Below, piece after piece: positions 42,370-62,083 of a stretch of DNA of 64,000 nucleotides. The position numbers were made by a program, and so were the translations under genes. The stretch lies in assembly GCF_009914755.1 (NCBI RefSeq), contig NC_060936.1; one strand, 5' to 3'. This DNA is from the human T2T-CHM13v2.0 reference genome, Homo sapiens. The notes beneath the pieces were generated by a model. The model was given only the letters and a program-made list of their open reading frames with translations, was not told the origin of the DNA and ran no database searches. Every line of letters starts with the position of its first letter. Within the stretch, counting starts at the first letter, position 1.

Positions 42370-43665
42370 TTGCTTTTACTTGTTTGTTGTCAAATCTTAT
42401 AACATTTGCTATTTTAACCATTTTTTAGTGTACAGGTCGGTGGCATCAAGTACATCCCCATTGTTGTGCAATCATCACCACCATCCACCTCCACAACTTT
42501 TTCATCTTCCACAACTGAAACTCCATGTCCATTAACCACTAATTTTCTATGTCCCCTTCCCCAGCCCTTGGCAACCGCTGCAGAGATTTTCTGTCTCTAT
42601 AGATTTGACTACTCTTAGATATGATAAAATAGAAACTTCAGCTGAATTAAATTTAAAGGAGTTTAATTGAGCAATGAACAATTTGAGAATTGGGCAGTCC
42701 CCAGAATCACAGCAGATTCACAGAGACTCCGGCGCAGCCACATGGTGGAAGAAGATTTATAGGTAAAAAAAAAAGAAAGGGAAATGATGTACAGAAATTA
42801 GAAGTGAGGTACCGAATGCCTGGATTGGTTACAGCTCAGCATATGTCTTATTTGAACATAGTTTGAACACTCAGCAGTGTATGAATGGTTGAAGTGTGGC
42901 CACTGGGATTGGCTAAGCCTTAACTAGTGTTACAGGTGTGTACTACTAAGTTAGGTTTTCAATTTTGTCTGCCTATTAAGCTAGGTTACAGTTCATCACA
43001 AGGACTCAAATATGGAAGTATGGAGTCCTTCTCAGTCCATACTTAGTTTGCTTTAACAGGTATATAAGTGGAATCATACAATATTTGTCCTTTTGTATCT
43101 GGATTATTTCACCGAGCATAATGTATTCGGGTTTCATCCATGCTATAGCATTGATCAGAATTCCCTCCCACTTTAAGGCTGGATAATATTCCATTGTTGG
43201 ATATACCCCATTTGTTTACCCATTCGTCCTTCAGTGGATACTTGAGTTGCTTCCACGTGGTGATTGCTGTGAATAATGCTACTCTGAACATGGGTGTGCA
43301 AATCTCTCTCCAAGTTCCTGCTTTCATTTCTCTCGGGTATACACTCAGAAGTGGAATTGCTGGATCACATGGTGGTTCTGTTTCATATTTTGAGGAGACG
43401 CCATACAGTCTTCCACAGTGGCTGTGCCATATTACATTCCCACCAACAGTGCACAAGGGTTCCAATGTCTCCACATCTTCACCTATACTTGTTATGTTGT
43501 GTTTTCTTTTTTTTAAATAATAATGGGTGTGTGTGTCAGTGTGTGTATCTTCTTTTGGTTATAATTTGCATCTCCCTGATGATTAGTAATATTGAGCACA
43601 GAGCATATTGCCGTGTGCTTATTGGCCACTTGTATATCTTCTTTGGAGAAATATCTATTCAAAGC
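42370..43665 (-). mobile_element. L1MB-like 3' fragment interrupted by MER57 LTR
   Basis: ttgttgtgcaatcatcaccaccatccacctcc...tataagtggaatcatacaatatttgtcc...ctcagaagtggaattgctggatcacatgg. Confidence 0.8.
42622..43058 (-). mobile_element. MER57-family ERV1 solo LTR
   Basis: TG...CA termini. Minus strand begins TGTTAAAGCAAACTAAGTATGGACTGAGAAGGACTCC. 4-bp TSD GATA/GGTA. Confidence 0.75.
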
Positions 43666-45000
43666 CCTTGGTTTTATTTTTCCTGACCAAATGTTGCTTT
43701 CACGTTTTGTTCCAGGCACTCTAGCAAGCGCCACAGATGCCTTACTGGATTTAACCTCCCCACAAGGAAATGAGGGGGTTATTGTCCTTATTTTACAGGT
43801 AAGGAAACCGAGGCTTTTTTCGTGGCTTGCCCCAGGGGCCACCTCAGAAGGGGCAGAGAGGGATTTGAGGCAGGCCTGGCTGACCCCACTAAGTCATACT
43901 GAAGTCCAGGCGGAGAAGAGCTGCGGAAGGGAGTGGAAGGGGAAACCCAGTATCCACTTGCCCCCATGGGACTTGTCTTTGGGTCCCACATATCCCCTTT
44001 GGTGCCTTTTGCTGCAGTTTCCTACCCCTCTTTCTTCCCTCCCTTCCCTTTTCTCTCCTTTCTGGGTCTGGCTAAGTAAGTATCTCCTTCTTGCCTGCCA
44101 GGATGTGATAAATTCTTAGTACCCCGGTGAGAATCACTCCCTCCCATTTTCAAAGGAATGAACTGGAAGAGAAAGTCCCCCGAAAGACCTCCTAGAGGAT
44201 CACCCCTGGGTCTCTGACTGAGAACCTGAATCTAACCTGGGGCAAGCAGACCCCAGACCCACCTCCATAACCTGGTGAATGGCACTTTTTTTTTTTTAAC
44301 TAGGAAGTGTTACCCAACTATTTGCTAGTTCTTCATGAAAATGAATTGTTGGGAACTCACTACAGCGTGGCAAAGTGGCTGTGGCCAGACTGCCTCTCTA
44401 GGTTCCTCCTCTCTGGGAAAGGCATCTCTGAAAGAAAGGCAGCAGCCCCAGTCAGGGGCTTATAGATAAAACTCCCATCTCCCTGGGACAGAGCACCTGG
44501 GGGAATGGGCAGCTGTGGGCATGGGCACAGCTTTAGTGGACATAAATGTCCCTGTCTGCCGGCTCTGAAGAGAGCAGTGGATCTCCCAGCACAGTGCTCA
44601 AGCTCTGCTAAGGTATATAAGTGGAATTCTCCTCAAGTGGGTCCCTGGCTCCCATGCCTCCTGACTGGGTGACATCTCCCAGCAGGGGTCGACAGACACC
44701 TCATACAGGAGAGCTCCGGCTGGCATCAGGTGGGTGCCCCTCTGGGAGGAAGCTACCAGAGGAAGGAGCAGACAGCAATCTTTGCTGTTCTGAAGCCTCC
44801 ACTGATGATACCCAGGTAAACAGGGTCTGGAGTAGACCTCCAGCAAACCCCACCAGACCTGCAGAGAAGGGCCTGACTATTAGAAGAAAAACTGACAAAC
44901 AGGAAGCAATAACATCAACATCAACAAAAAGGACCCCCACACAAAAACCCCATCCAAAGGACATCAGCACCAAAGATCAAAGGTAGATAAGTCCACGAAG

Positions 45001-46282
<1,282 letters not shown>

Positions 46283-46345
46283 AGACCAATGACATTATGA
46301 AGAAACTGCATCAACTAATGTGCAAAATAACCAGCTAGCATCATG

Positions 46346-50160
<3,815 letters not shown>

Positions 50161-51864
50161 ACAATGAGAACACATGGACACAGGGAGGGGAACGTCACAC
50201 ACCGGGGCCTGTGGGGGAGTTGGGGGAAGGGGAGGGAGAACATTAGGACAAATACCTAATGTATGCTGGGCTGAACACGTAGATGACAAGTTGACGGGTG
50301 CAGCAAACCACCATGGCACATGTAAACCTATGTAATAAACCTGCACGTTCTGCACATGTATCCCAGAACTTAAAGTTAAAAAAAAAAAGAAAGAATTGTT
50401 GGCAGAATTGTTGGCAGGTGTCATGGGAGCGGTGTCAAGTTGGCAGGAGTTGCCCATGGAACTGGAGAAACTCACTAGAGCAGATGAAGAAGTGACCCAA
50501 TCTGGACGACGGGAATTCATGGGAATGAACAGAAGCCCTGCATGGGTGACTATGTCACTAGAGGCGGGCACCTGGTAAAGTCCCAGGCTAGGCCTCTGCG
50601 TTTCTAAGCAGAACTAGGAGCAGGCGTTGCCTGGGAACCCCGCCTTATGTTATCGAATCCTGAGTGTTTTGGACTAGTCTCGTGAAGGCAGGCATTCAAG
50701 GATATTTGGTCGGATCATCCGACGGCACTAAACCTTTTTTTTCCAAGTGGACCAGGTAGTTCACTAAAGTCGCCGTGATGTCGTCCTGGCTTGGGAGCCT
50801 CGGCTCCAGATGGGGCCAGTCTCTGGGTCAAGTCGGGGGCAGCCTGGCTTCCCTCACTGGCCAGATTTCAAACTTTACAAAGGTTATGCTGATGGAGGGC
50901 TCAGAGGAAGTGGAAGCAGAATTACCTGATTCCAGGACAAAGGAAATTGAAGCCATTCATTCAATCTTGAGATCAGAGAATGAAAGGCTTAAGAAACTTT
51001 GTACAGATCTAGAAGTGAAATATGAAGCATCAGAGCTTCAAATAAACCAGCATTCTACAATGCTGTTTATTAATGCTTTTTAACGTTTAAAAAGCATTCT
51101 ACAATGCTTTTTGTTGAAGTTGAAATCAACTTCAACAAAAAGAGGTAGAAATCAGACATCTTAAAGCCAGACAGATTGCCTCCAGGATCAGTTGCTGAAA
51201 CTGCGGTCAGCTGCTCAGTCAGTACCTTCAGCAGCTGGCGATGTACCAGCAACCACTGCAGCTTCATTCATTTATGTGATTAGTCATCATTCTTCAGCTT
51301 TCCATGATGATGACATGGACTTTGAGGACACAATTTTGTCCCAACAAGAAATAAACCGACTCTTAAATGAAGTTTCAAGGCTTGAGTCTGAAGTTGGCTA
51401 TTGGAGGCATATTGCTTAGACTTTGAAAGCATGAGGAACACATAGCTCTGCCCAAAGTAAAACATGCAAACTACAAAATATCATTAAGGAACTGAAACAG
51501 AACCAAAGTCAGGAAATTGATGACCATCAACATGAAATATCAGTACTGCACAATGCACATCAACAGAAATAAGTCAACGACATCGAGAAGAATTAAGTGA
51601 CTATGAAGAACGAACTGAAGAACTCAAAAATCTGTTACAATAAGGTAGCTCTGGAGTTACAGAAATTGATCACTCTAAAGTCTATGAGATGCAAAAAAAC
51701 TATTCAACTTCTACAAACAGAAAAAGTGGAGTCTACCAAAAAAATTGAGGAACTTGAGGATAAAATAAAAGATATAAATAAAAAATTATCTTCTGCAGAA
51801 AATGGTAGAGATATTTTGAGGAGAGAACAAGAACAGCTAAATGTGGAAAAGAAACAGCTTTTAA

Positions 51865-51990
<126 letters not shown>

Positions 51991-53785
51991 TAAGAATTTC
52001 AGTCAAACCAGAAGCTAGAGAGACTGCGTAATCATCTTTTAGAATCAGAAGGTTCTTATACCAGTGAAGCTTTGGCCTCAGAACATAGAGAGGCTAAACT
52101 AAGAAAGAAAGTCACAGTATTGGAGGAAAAGCTAGTTTCATCCTCTAATGCAATGGAAAATGCAAGTCATCAAGCCAGTGTGCAGGTAGAGTCATTGCAA
52201 GAACAATTGAATGTAGTCTCCAAGCAAAGGGATGAAACTGCGCTGCTTTCTGCCTCTCAGCAACAAGTAAAGCAGTATGCTCTGTCACTGGCCAACCTGC
52301 AGATGGTACTACAGCATTTCCAAAAAGAGGAAAAATCTATGTATTCTGCTGAACTACAAAAGCAAAAACAGCTTATAGCTGAATGGAAGAAAAAGGCAGA
52401 AAGTTTGGAAAGAAAAGTGATATCATTACAGGAACGTTTGGATGAAGCAGATGCTGCATTGGATTCAGCATCAAGACTTACAGAACAGTTAGATCTAAAA
52501 GAAGAACAAATTGAAGAACTTAAAAAACAAAATGAGTTCCAACAAGAAATGCTGGATGATGTACAAAAGAAATTGGTGAACTTAGCAAACAGCCTAGAAG
52601 GAAAAGTGGACAAAGTCCTAATGAGAAACCTCTTCATCAGTCATTTCCACATGCCAAAAAATCAGCGTCACGAAGTGTTACGGTTGATGGGCAGCATCCT
52701 GGGGGTCAGAAGGGAGGAGATGGAGCAGCTGTTTCATGACAATCAGGGCAGTGTTACCAGGTGGATGACTGGGTGGCTTGGAAGAGGATCAAAAAGTGTT
52801 CCCAACACACCTTTGAGACCAAATCAGCAATCTGTGCTTAATAGTTCTTTTTCAGAATGTTTTGTTAAATTTCTAGAAACAGAATCTCATTCATCTGTTC
52901 CACCACCAAAGCTTTCTGTTCATGATATGAAACCTCTAGAATCACCAGGAAGGAGAAAACTAGACACAAATGCACCAGAAAGTTTTAAAGATACAGCAGA
53001 ATCCAGGTCAGGTAGAAGACGAGAGGTAAATTCGGTTTTGGCTCCTCGCTCGGCAGCTGTACCTCTTATTAACCCAGCTGGACTTGGACCTGGTGGGCCC
53101 CAGCATCTTCTTTTGAAACCCATCTCAGATGTTTGGCCCACATTTACACCTTTGCCAGTGTTACCTGACCACAGCGCTGGAGTTGTGTTGAAAGACCTTG
53201 GAAAACAATAGATGATTCTCAAGCCAGAGACAATCTAGCACTTTAAAGAAACCATGAACACTATATGTACTTTATCACAAAGTGGCCTTTTAGAAAACGT
53301 CACGTATTTATTTGTAGTTAATGCTTTCTCTGAATTTAATAAAAATATTCCTAATGCTTTTAGAAATTGCAGGTGTCAAGAGGAAGTGTTTGCTATATCA
53401 TCTGATTTATTCCTTCTGATTTGACTTAATTTAAGCTAGGAACATTTGATTTATCTTTTACCTTAATTTACAAAGATACAGACAGACAAAAATACTAGTA
53501 GCTATATGTTAGCTTTCTATTTCCTTCTGTGATTTCCAAGCACATTTAAGCTAGAGATTGTGGTTTGTCAAGAGAGTTTTTTTTTTTTTAATGAAGAATA
53601 AAAAAATACTAGTAGTGCCTTCTCTGCATAGTGTGGAAAGTTGATCTGAAGCATATAGTGATCATCTTTGGAGGACTTTGTGGAAACAGGCCAACAAGAT
53701 GGTCCCTGGAAGGTCATTGGTGCCCTGAGATGAAGTATGTATTTGGTCCTGTGCAATGTCAGCATGTGTGTAAATTCTTTCGTTA

Positions 53786-53920
53786 TTGTTGTTGTTGTTT
53801 TAAATAGAGATGGGGTCTCACTATGTTGCCAAGCTGTTGTCAAACTACTGGGCTCAAGTGATCCTCCCACTCGGCCTCCCAAAGTGCTGGGATTACAGGC
53901 ATGAGCCACTGTGCCCAGCC
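53786..53920 (-). mobile_element. Alu monomer (FLAM-like), next to an old L1M fragment (~53925-54210)
   Basis: Single antisense left arm with (TTG)n tail. Confidence 0.85.
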
Positions 53921-54887
53921 CTGGGTGTAGATTCTTGTGACTACCACCACAGTCAAGATACAGAACACTTCCATCACAAGCATCCCCTGTGTTGCCCTCT
54001 CATAATCATAGCCACCTCCCTGTCCCTCTCCTGAATCCCTGACAATCACTAACTGTTCTCCATCTCAGTCATTTTGTTATTTAGAGAATGTTATATAAAT
54101 GAAATCAATGTGTAACCTCTTGAGACTGGTATTTTTTCACTCAGCATAACTCCCTTGAGATCCATCCAAGTTTTTGGATGTATCACTAGTTTGTTCCTTT
54201 TTATTGTTGGGTATATAATGCAGATATATCACTTAGTTGTAACAGCTAAGATATCTATTTAAAGACATCATCTTAAAACTACATGTTTCTTTACACAAAT
54301 TCATACAACTTTCATGTAAGTGTTAAACCATACAGCTGCATCTACATAAGTATAATTAGCAATATCACTGAACATGCCACTTCCTGATATATGAGGTACA
54401 GCAATCTGAGACTCAACTGCTCTCATCACAGTAGCGACTGAGGGCAGTGAATTTGCTTTGATAGCACCAGTACCCAGATGTCTGAAACTGAAGAGAGTAT
54501 TTCTTTAATTTTTTATAAACCCATCATAAAAAAATCCTGACTTGAAACTTAACTGTATCTGGATGTTCACATTTTTATTAGTTGTTGAAGTTGTACATTT
54601 AAAAAGACATTTCTTGCAAATTTTGTAAATTTCTATATGCCTTTAAAATAGAAACATTTGTGTAACAAACAAAGGTGAAAATGAGACAAATTCAAATATG
54701 TAAATAGGCGTGGCTCAGGCCAGAACTAAATTCGGTTGTTTGCAAGTTTTGCTGTGATTAACTGTACTTTCTAATATATTTGGAAGACTAGAAGTCTTAT
54801 TTAGACGTTGATGGGTGAAACTTGTTTTTCTGAAAAATGAAGTAACTGAGAATGCTGCTTCAGAATGTCTCCTATCTCCTTGGATAA

Positions 54888-55410
<523 letters not shown>

Positions 55411-57105
55411 TGAAGTTTCATTTCAGTGTGGAGCAAATGAAATACTAGTTTCTAAGTTAAACACACACACACACGGTCCTTTATTTTTAAGAAATAGAAT
55501 ATGTAAAAAGTTTTCTCTTTTAATTTGAAAAAGATATGCATGGTATTTAGGTAGTATGTCATCATACTTGAAATGCCTTTTGTGACATTTTTTAGTATTT
55601 CCTTCTCCGACCAAAACAACCTGTCCCCGTCTCATCCCATAGTTTAACATAATTTTAAAAGCTGTTGTGGGTGGATAGCATAGCTAAACATCACAGAGCA
55701 TGATATTAAATGGCTGCTATTTAAATAAGTATGTGACCTTGTCCTACAGCTATACTACCTAATGTTTCCATTGTGTCATTGAAACTCTAGCTGACTGGTA
55801 TGCATACTTAGTGTTCGCTGATCTAAACCAGATATAACATATCGATTTTTCTGAAACTTAGTTGTGTCAGAGATGAACCACCTGCTCACAGAACCGTCTT
55901 AGTAACGAGACAGTGATGAAGCATATAATTCTAATGTTGGCAAGAGGACATTGCTAACAGTGCGTTTAACTGCAACATTTTAACTACAGTCATTTTTCTG
56001 TTTATTTCTCTATCCACTCAGAATTTGTGGTTGAATTCCACCTTCTCTGCCATAGTTTTTCACCACATTCCTAATGGTTTTCAACCTCTATACTGTAGTA
56101 GAAAATTCATCCAGCCATTGAATTTAATTTTAGCATAATACTGGATCAAATTGTCTGAATTTTCATTCCTGCCATTCTTGATTTTTAAAAAATGAAAGGA
56201 AGAAAAAACAAAACTAAACAAAACCTTAGGAAAAAAGGAATGGCTTCTTTCCAACTAGCCAATTTAAACGTCCAATATTCCCCCAAATAAAGCCTTTGGT
56301 TCCTTTTACCCTCTTAATGGTTAATTGAAAAGAGTACAGAAACTATCAAAATACTTATCCAATCAATAGATGGGGGGGAAAGCTATGTCTTCAGGGACAG
56401 AAGAGTAACAAGAATTATTTAGAAAATGCTATCACGCATCAAACTTGAAAGCATTTGAACCTGATTTTTAAATATCAAGTAAGGATAGGTGATATTTATT
56501 TTATATATTCCTATGGAAAAAAATGCTACTTTAATGTTCTGACATTTGTGATTATTTGCCAGTCTTTATCTTTTAACTTATTAAAAAGTTAAATACTTAT
56601 TAAGATTTCGCTACATAAAACTGATATATTGTCTTTTGATTTTTAGTGAAATATCTAAATGTGGGAAATTTCCAATCCAACCTTAATATTAAGTTGTGTT
56701 ATTTATAGAGCTAAAGTTAATGCATTTTTTAATTTCTCAGGACCACTGCAAGGTGAAAAAATACTCCAAATAAAAATGATATATGTAAGTTGGCAATGTC
56801 TTCATTCACAATCAAAAAAAAAATTTTAGCAAACAAAAGAAGAATTGTTGACATAGCTACCTACCATGTGCCAGGAACTGTTCCAAACACTTTGCACATA
56901 TTCAGTCATCTAACTCTCCTAACTACCATTGCTACCATTGCAAAATGAGGAAACTGAGCCTTGGAGAGGTAAAGTAACAGCTCAAACTCACACAGCTGCT
57001 GAGTGGCCCAGCCAGCACTCAGTGGCCTGGTTCTAAAGCCTGCACTTGCTGCTATTCTAGACGGCGTCTGATTTTTCCCTAGAATTTATAGACAGATATA
57101 CATGA

Positions 57106-57160
57106 CAGGTAGGTAGGTAGATAGATAGATAGATAGATAGATATAGAGAGAGAGATAGAG
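57106..57160. repeat. (TAGG)/(TAGA)/(GA)n compound microsatellite
   Basis: caggtaggtaggtagatagatagatagatagatagatatagagag. Confidence 0.88.
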
Positions 57161-57204
57161 AAAGATGGGGGAGGGGCTTTTTCTCCACTCCTGACTTTTA
57201 TTTA

Positions 57205-57655
57205 CAGTCTTTCCCCTCTTATTTGTGGGGAATACCTTCCTGTGGATGGTGCCAAACTCTATATATGCAGTACTATGTTTTTCCTATATATACATACCTA
57301 TGATGAAGTTTAACTTATAAATCAGGCACAGTTAAGAGCTTAACCACAATAATTAAAAATAAAATTGAACAATTGTAAAATATACTATAATAAGGGTTGT
57401 GTGAATGTGGTGTGTCTCTTTCTTCTCTCTCTCTCAAAATACCTTCTTGTTCTGCACTCACCCTTCTCGTGAAGACAGGAGATGATAAAATGCCTACATG
57501 ATGAGATGAAGTAAGGCGAATGACACAGGCATCATGACGTAGCATTAGACTGCTATTGACCTTCTGACCATATGTCAGAATCATTTATTTCTGGAACTGT
57601 GGTTGGTGTAAGTGAAATCATGGAAAGCAAACCCACAGATAAAGGGGGCTTTCTC
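57205..57655. mobile_element. MER44-like (Tigger7-derived) DNA transposon
   Basis: catacctatgatgaagtttaacttataaatcaggcacag and gatgataaaatgcctacatgatgagatgaagt motifs. Confidence 0.7.
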
Positions 57656-57677
57656 TACCTGTGGAGTAGTGCCATAG

Positions 57678-58604
<927 letters not shown>

Positions 58605-60906
58605 AGAGGCTATTTTTTGTCAGACGCTATTTTTTCAAAGAAATCCCTTTGTGGGAAGGCAGAGCCAACAGAGGGAGCAAGTTTAGGGGTCAGGTAGTGC
58701 TCCTCTTTTCCCCTGAAATCACACAAGAATGAGGAGGGCTTTCCCTGACTTTGCAAAGACTCCCTCCCCAAGCTCTCTCACGGCCGTCATAGCCACTGAG
58801 CACCAGCTGTGCACTCTGGCCGGGGCCAACTTGAAGCCTTAAGCATAAAACCCTTAAGAGGCCTTCCACGCCCCAGAAATGGCCAGAAGGAGCACCTGGC
58901 CCTCTGCCTGGGCCCCTGTTCCCAGCAGCTCCTGATCCCAGGTGCAGTGCCCCCCAAAAACCCTTACCCCACATCTGTGAGAGGAGTCAAAGGCAGGTGA
59001 AATTCTGAGGAGAACCTGGATTTCCCAGGCTGCCTCGGTGAAGTTAGAAGTCAGGTCAAGACCATCAGGTGAGAAGGGCAAGTGCCCCCTCACCCAGGCA
59101 GGGGCCAGGCCCACAGAGCCGTCCGACTGTCACCACAGTATGGGTAGAAAAGTTTGTTTTCCATAACCCAAGTCCTCGCTTCTATACTCTCTCCCGTCAC
59201 CGCACCCCACCACACCCCCAAATGTTTTGTTTGATCCTCTCTCAGGACCTGCTGGAATCCCGAGGCGCTCAGGCAGAGCGGATGGAAAAGTGTCACTGCT
59301 CCCAGGGGTATGCACATTCTAAACAGTGAAATCCTAGAGAGGCATCCCCAAAGAGGGGCATTAATGGAGGAATTTCAGGCAGTGGTTGGGGCAGTCTTGA
59401 AGGCAGAAATCAGACCCTAATCAACTTTCTCTTGCATTTCAAAGCCGGTTAGCCAGGGTCAGCCAGGTCACTGACTGTGGCTGCTTCTGCAGAGAATCTC
59501 CTCTGACAGAATCTCCTCTGTCCACACCAGAGGGAGAACCAGTCACTGAGATGTGAAATTGGATCCAATCCTTCCCCCGCTTCCCACCTCAGCTGAGGCC
59601 CTCAGGTAGCTGCGGTCAACAGCCTCTGCGGGTTGGTAAACAGCCCCGGGCCTAGAGGTTAGAAGTCCTTAGTTCTGTTACTAGCTGTCTTCTAATTTTC
59701 TGCATGATGTTAGGCAGGATACTAAGCGTCTCTGGACTTTGTGTCATGATTAGCAACATGAAGATTAGTTGGATTAGATGGTTCTAAGGTCCCTACAACT
59801 GCAATATGCTATGATCCCCCTTCCCCTCCACACCTGGCCAAAAGAAAGCATATCTAGATAAGGCAGAGAAAGTGGCTCAGCTCAGTCCAGAGGCTTCTGG
59901 GAACTGCAATAAGCCTGCAGCTCACATTTGGTCAACTGTGGCCAGCTGTCTTTGGGACTGAGAGTTTCTCTTCCCAGGTCAACCAAAGGTTGAGGCCTAG
60001 ATAAAAGGCTTGCCCCATGCTCAGCTAGTTGAGTTGCTCAGCCCGTATCCAGGATTAACCAAGGCTTCTCACTGGCTCTCTGGTTTCAAAACAAAACAGA
60101 ACTTTGAAATAGGACTGCACTCAGTGGAAAATCCCACATTAACAAGGCCCCTGGGAGTGCTCTGGAAGCACCATCTGTCAAGTATTTGTTCGCACAACCT
60201 GTGACCAAAACAGCCTTTTAACGTCATTACCAATAATGATAATAGCACCTCATGTATTTAGACAGCTCTTCTGACCCTTCAGAACCCCTCATCTGGGCTC
60301 AATTTGGCCTCGTGAAACTTTCTATAGGAGGCAGAGCACAGGACTTTCAAATAACTTAGTCCTGTTTTAGGCATGAGGAAATTGAAACCCAGAAAGATAG
60401 CAGAGCTAGGAAGAAATACACTCATTCCTTCATTCACTCCTGAACATTCAGATGAGCAATAAATGTCTTATAGGCAGGTGGTTACATTGCGCCTGATCTG
60501 GAGTCACACAGACCTTTGTTCAAATCTTGGCTCTGCCTCTTATCACCTATGCACTATGCATCTCAGGCAAATGGCTTTATCATCTAAGCCTCAGTTTCCT
60601 CATATGTAAAAATTTGGGATTTATTATGCATCCATCAAATGGTTATTGTGAGGATGAAATGAAATCACTGATGCCAAGCACAGTCCCTGACTTACAGAAA
60701 CACTCAATTAACAGTAGCTTTAAAAATCTGACCTGGTCATGGCAGTAAACACACTGATGGGTACTTAAGGGCCTATTAAATGCTGTTGACCACTGGACAC
60801 GTGCTCCCACAATGGCCCTCTCTCCAAGAACCTTGACCCAAGCTAGGCCAATTGGATTTTGTTTTGCTAAAATTTGTAATTGCTACTCAGGAATTCCAGT
60901 CCTTGT

Positions 60907-61050
60907 GGCCAGGCACGGTGGCTCACATCTGTAATTCCAGAACTTTGGGAGGCCAAAGTGGGAGGATTACTTTAGCCCAGGAGTTCAGGACCAGCCTGGA
61001 CAACATAGTGAGACCCCCATCTCTACAAAAAAAAAAAAAGAAAAAAAAGA
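60907..61050 (+). mobile_element. Alu monomer (FLAM-like)
   Basis: Single arm plus poly(A); TSD-like AATTCCAGT(C/T)CTT on both sides. Confidence 0.88.
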
Positions 61051-61636
61051 AATTCCAGTTCTTTACTGTTGCCTCTTGGAGCAAGCTGACAGATAAGAGC
61101 TGAAGCGGCCACTGTATGTCCTGTGTCCACAGAAGTGGGGGAAGACTGTGGGAAGAGGGAAAGATGAAAACAGGCAGAATGAGGAGCGGAGATAAGAGGC
61201 CACAGGGTCTGGGGGAGAAGTGGGGAAGGAGGAAAGAGAGCATGCACATGCACCCTTAGTTTTCATAAGCCACACCAGGATCCTCCCAATAAGCCCCACT
61301 TTCTGCTAAGTCTGATCTAAGACATCTGTTCTTTTGGATCTCTCCTAGGCTCACGGATTCTTCTCATATCCCATCTGATACAAGCATCCTAGCTGCTCCT
61401 TCCACAGATGAAGACATGAGGCTCAGAGTGGTTAAGTGTCTGGTTAAGGGCACACAGCTGGCCAGCATCAGGGTCAGGATTGAAACCCTAATCAGCCTTC
61501 CTGTGGAATGGACACAGATCTGGGAGTCAGAAGACTTTTGTTGGAGGAGCAGTTCTTCACTCACCAGCCAGGTGCCCTAATCCAGTCCCTCAATCACAGA
61601 GCACTCTGCTTGCCTGTTCTGTACAACAGAGATTAG

Positions 61637-62083
<447 letters not shown>

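Noticed and set aside
52257-53222. Minus-strand ORFs over the TRIP11 retrocopy
   Set aside because: Antisense shadows of a coiled-coil coding sequence.
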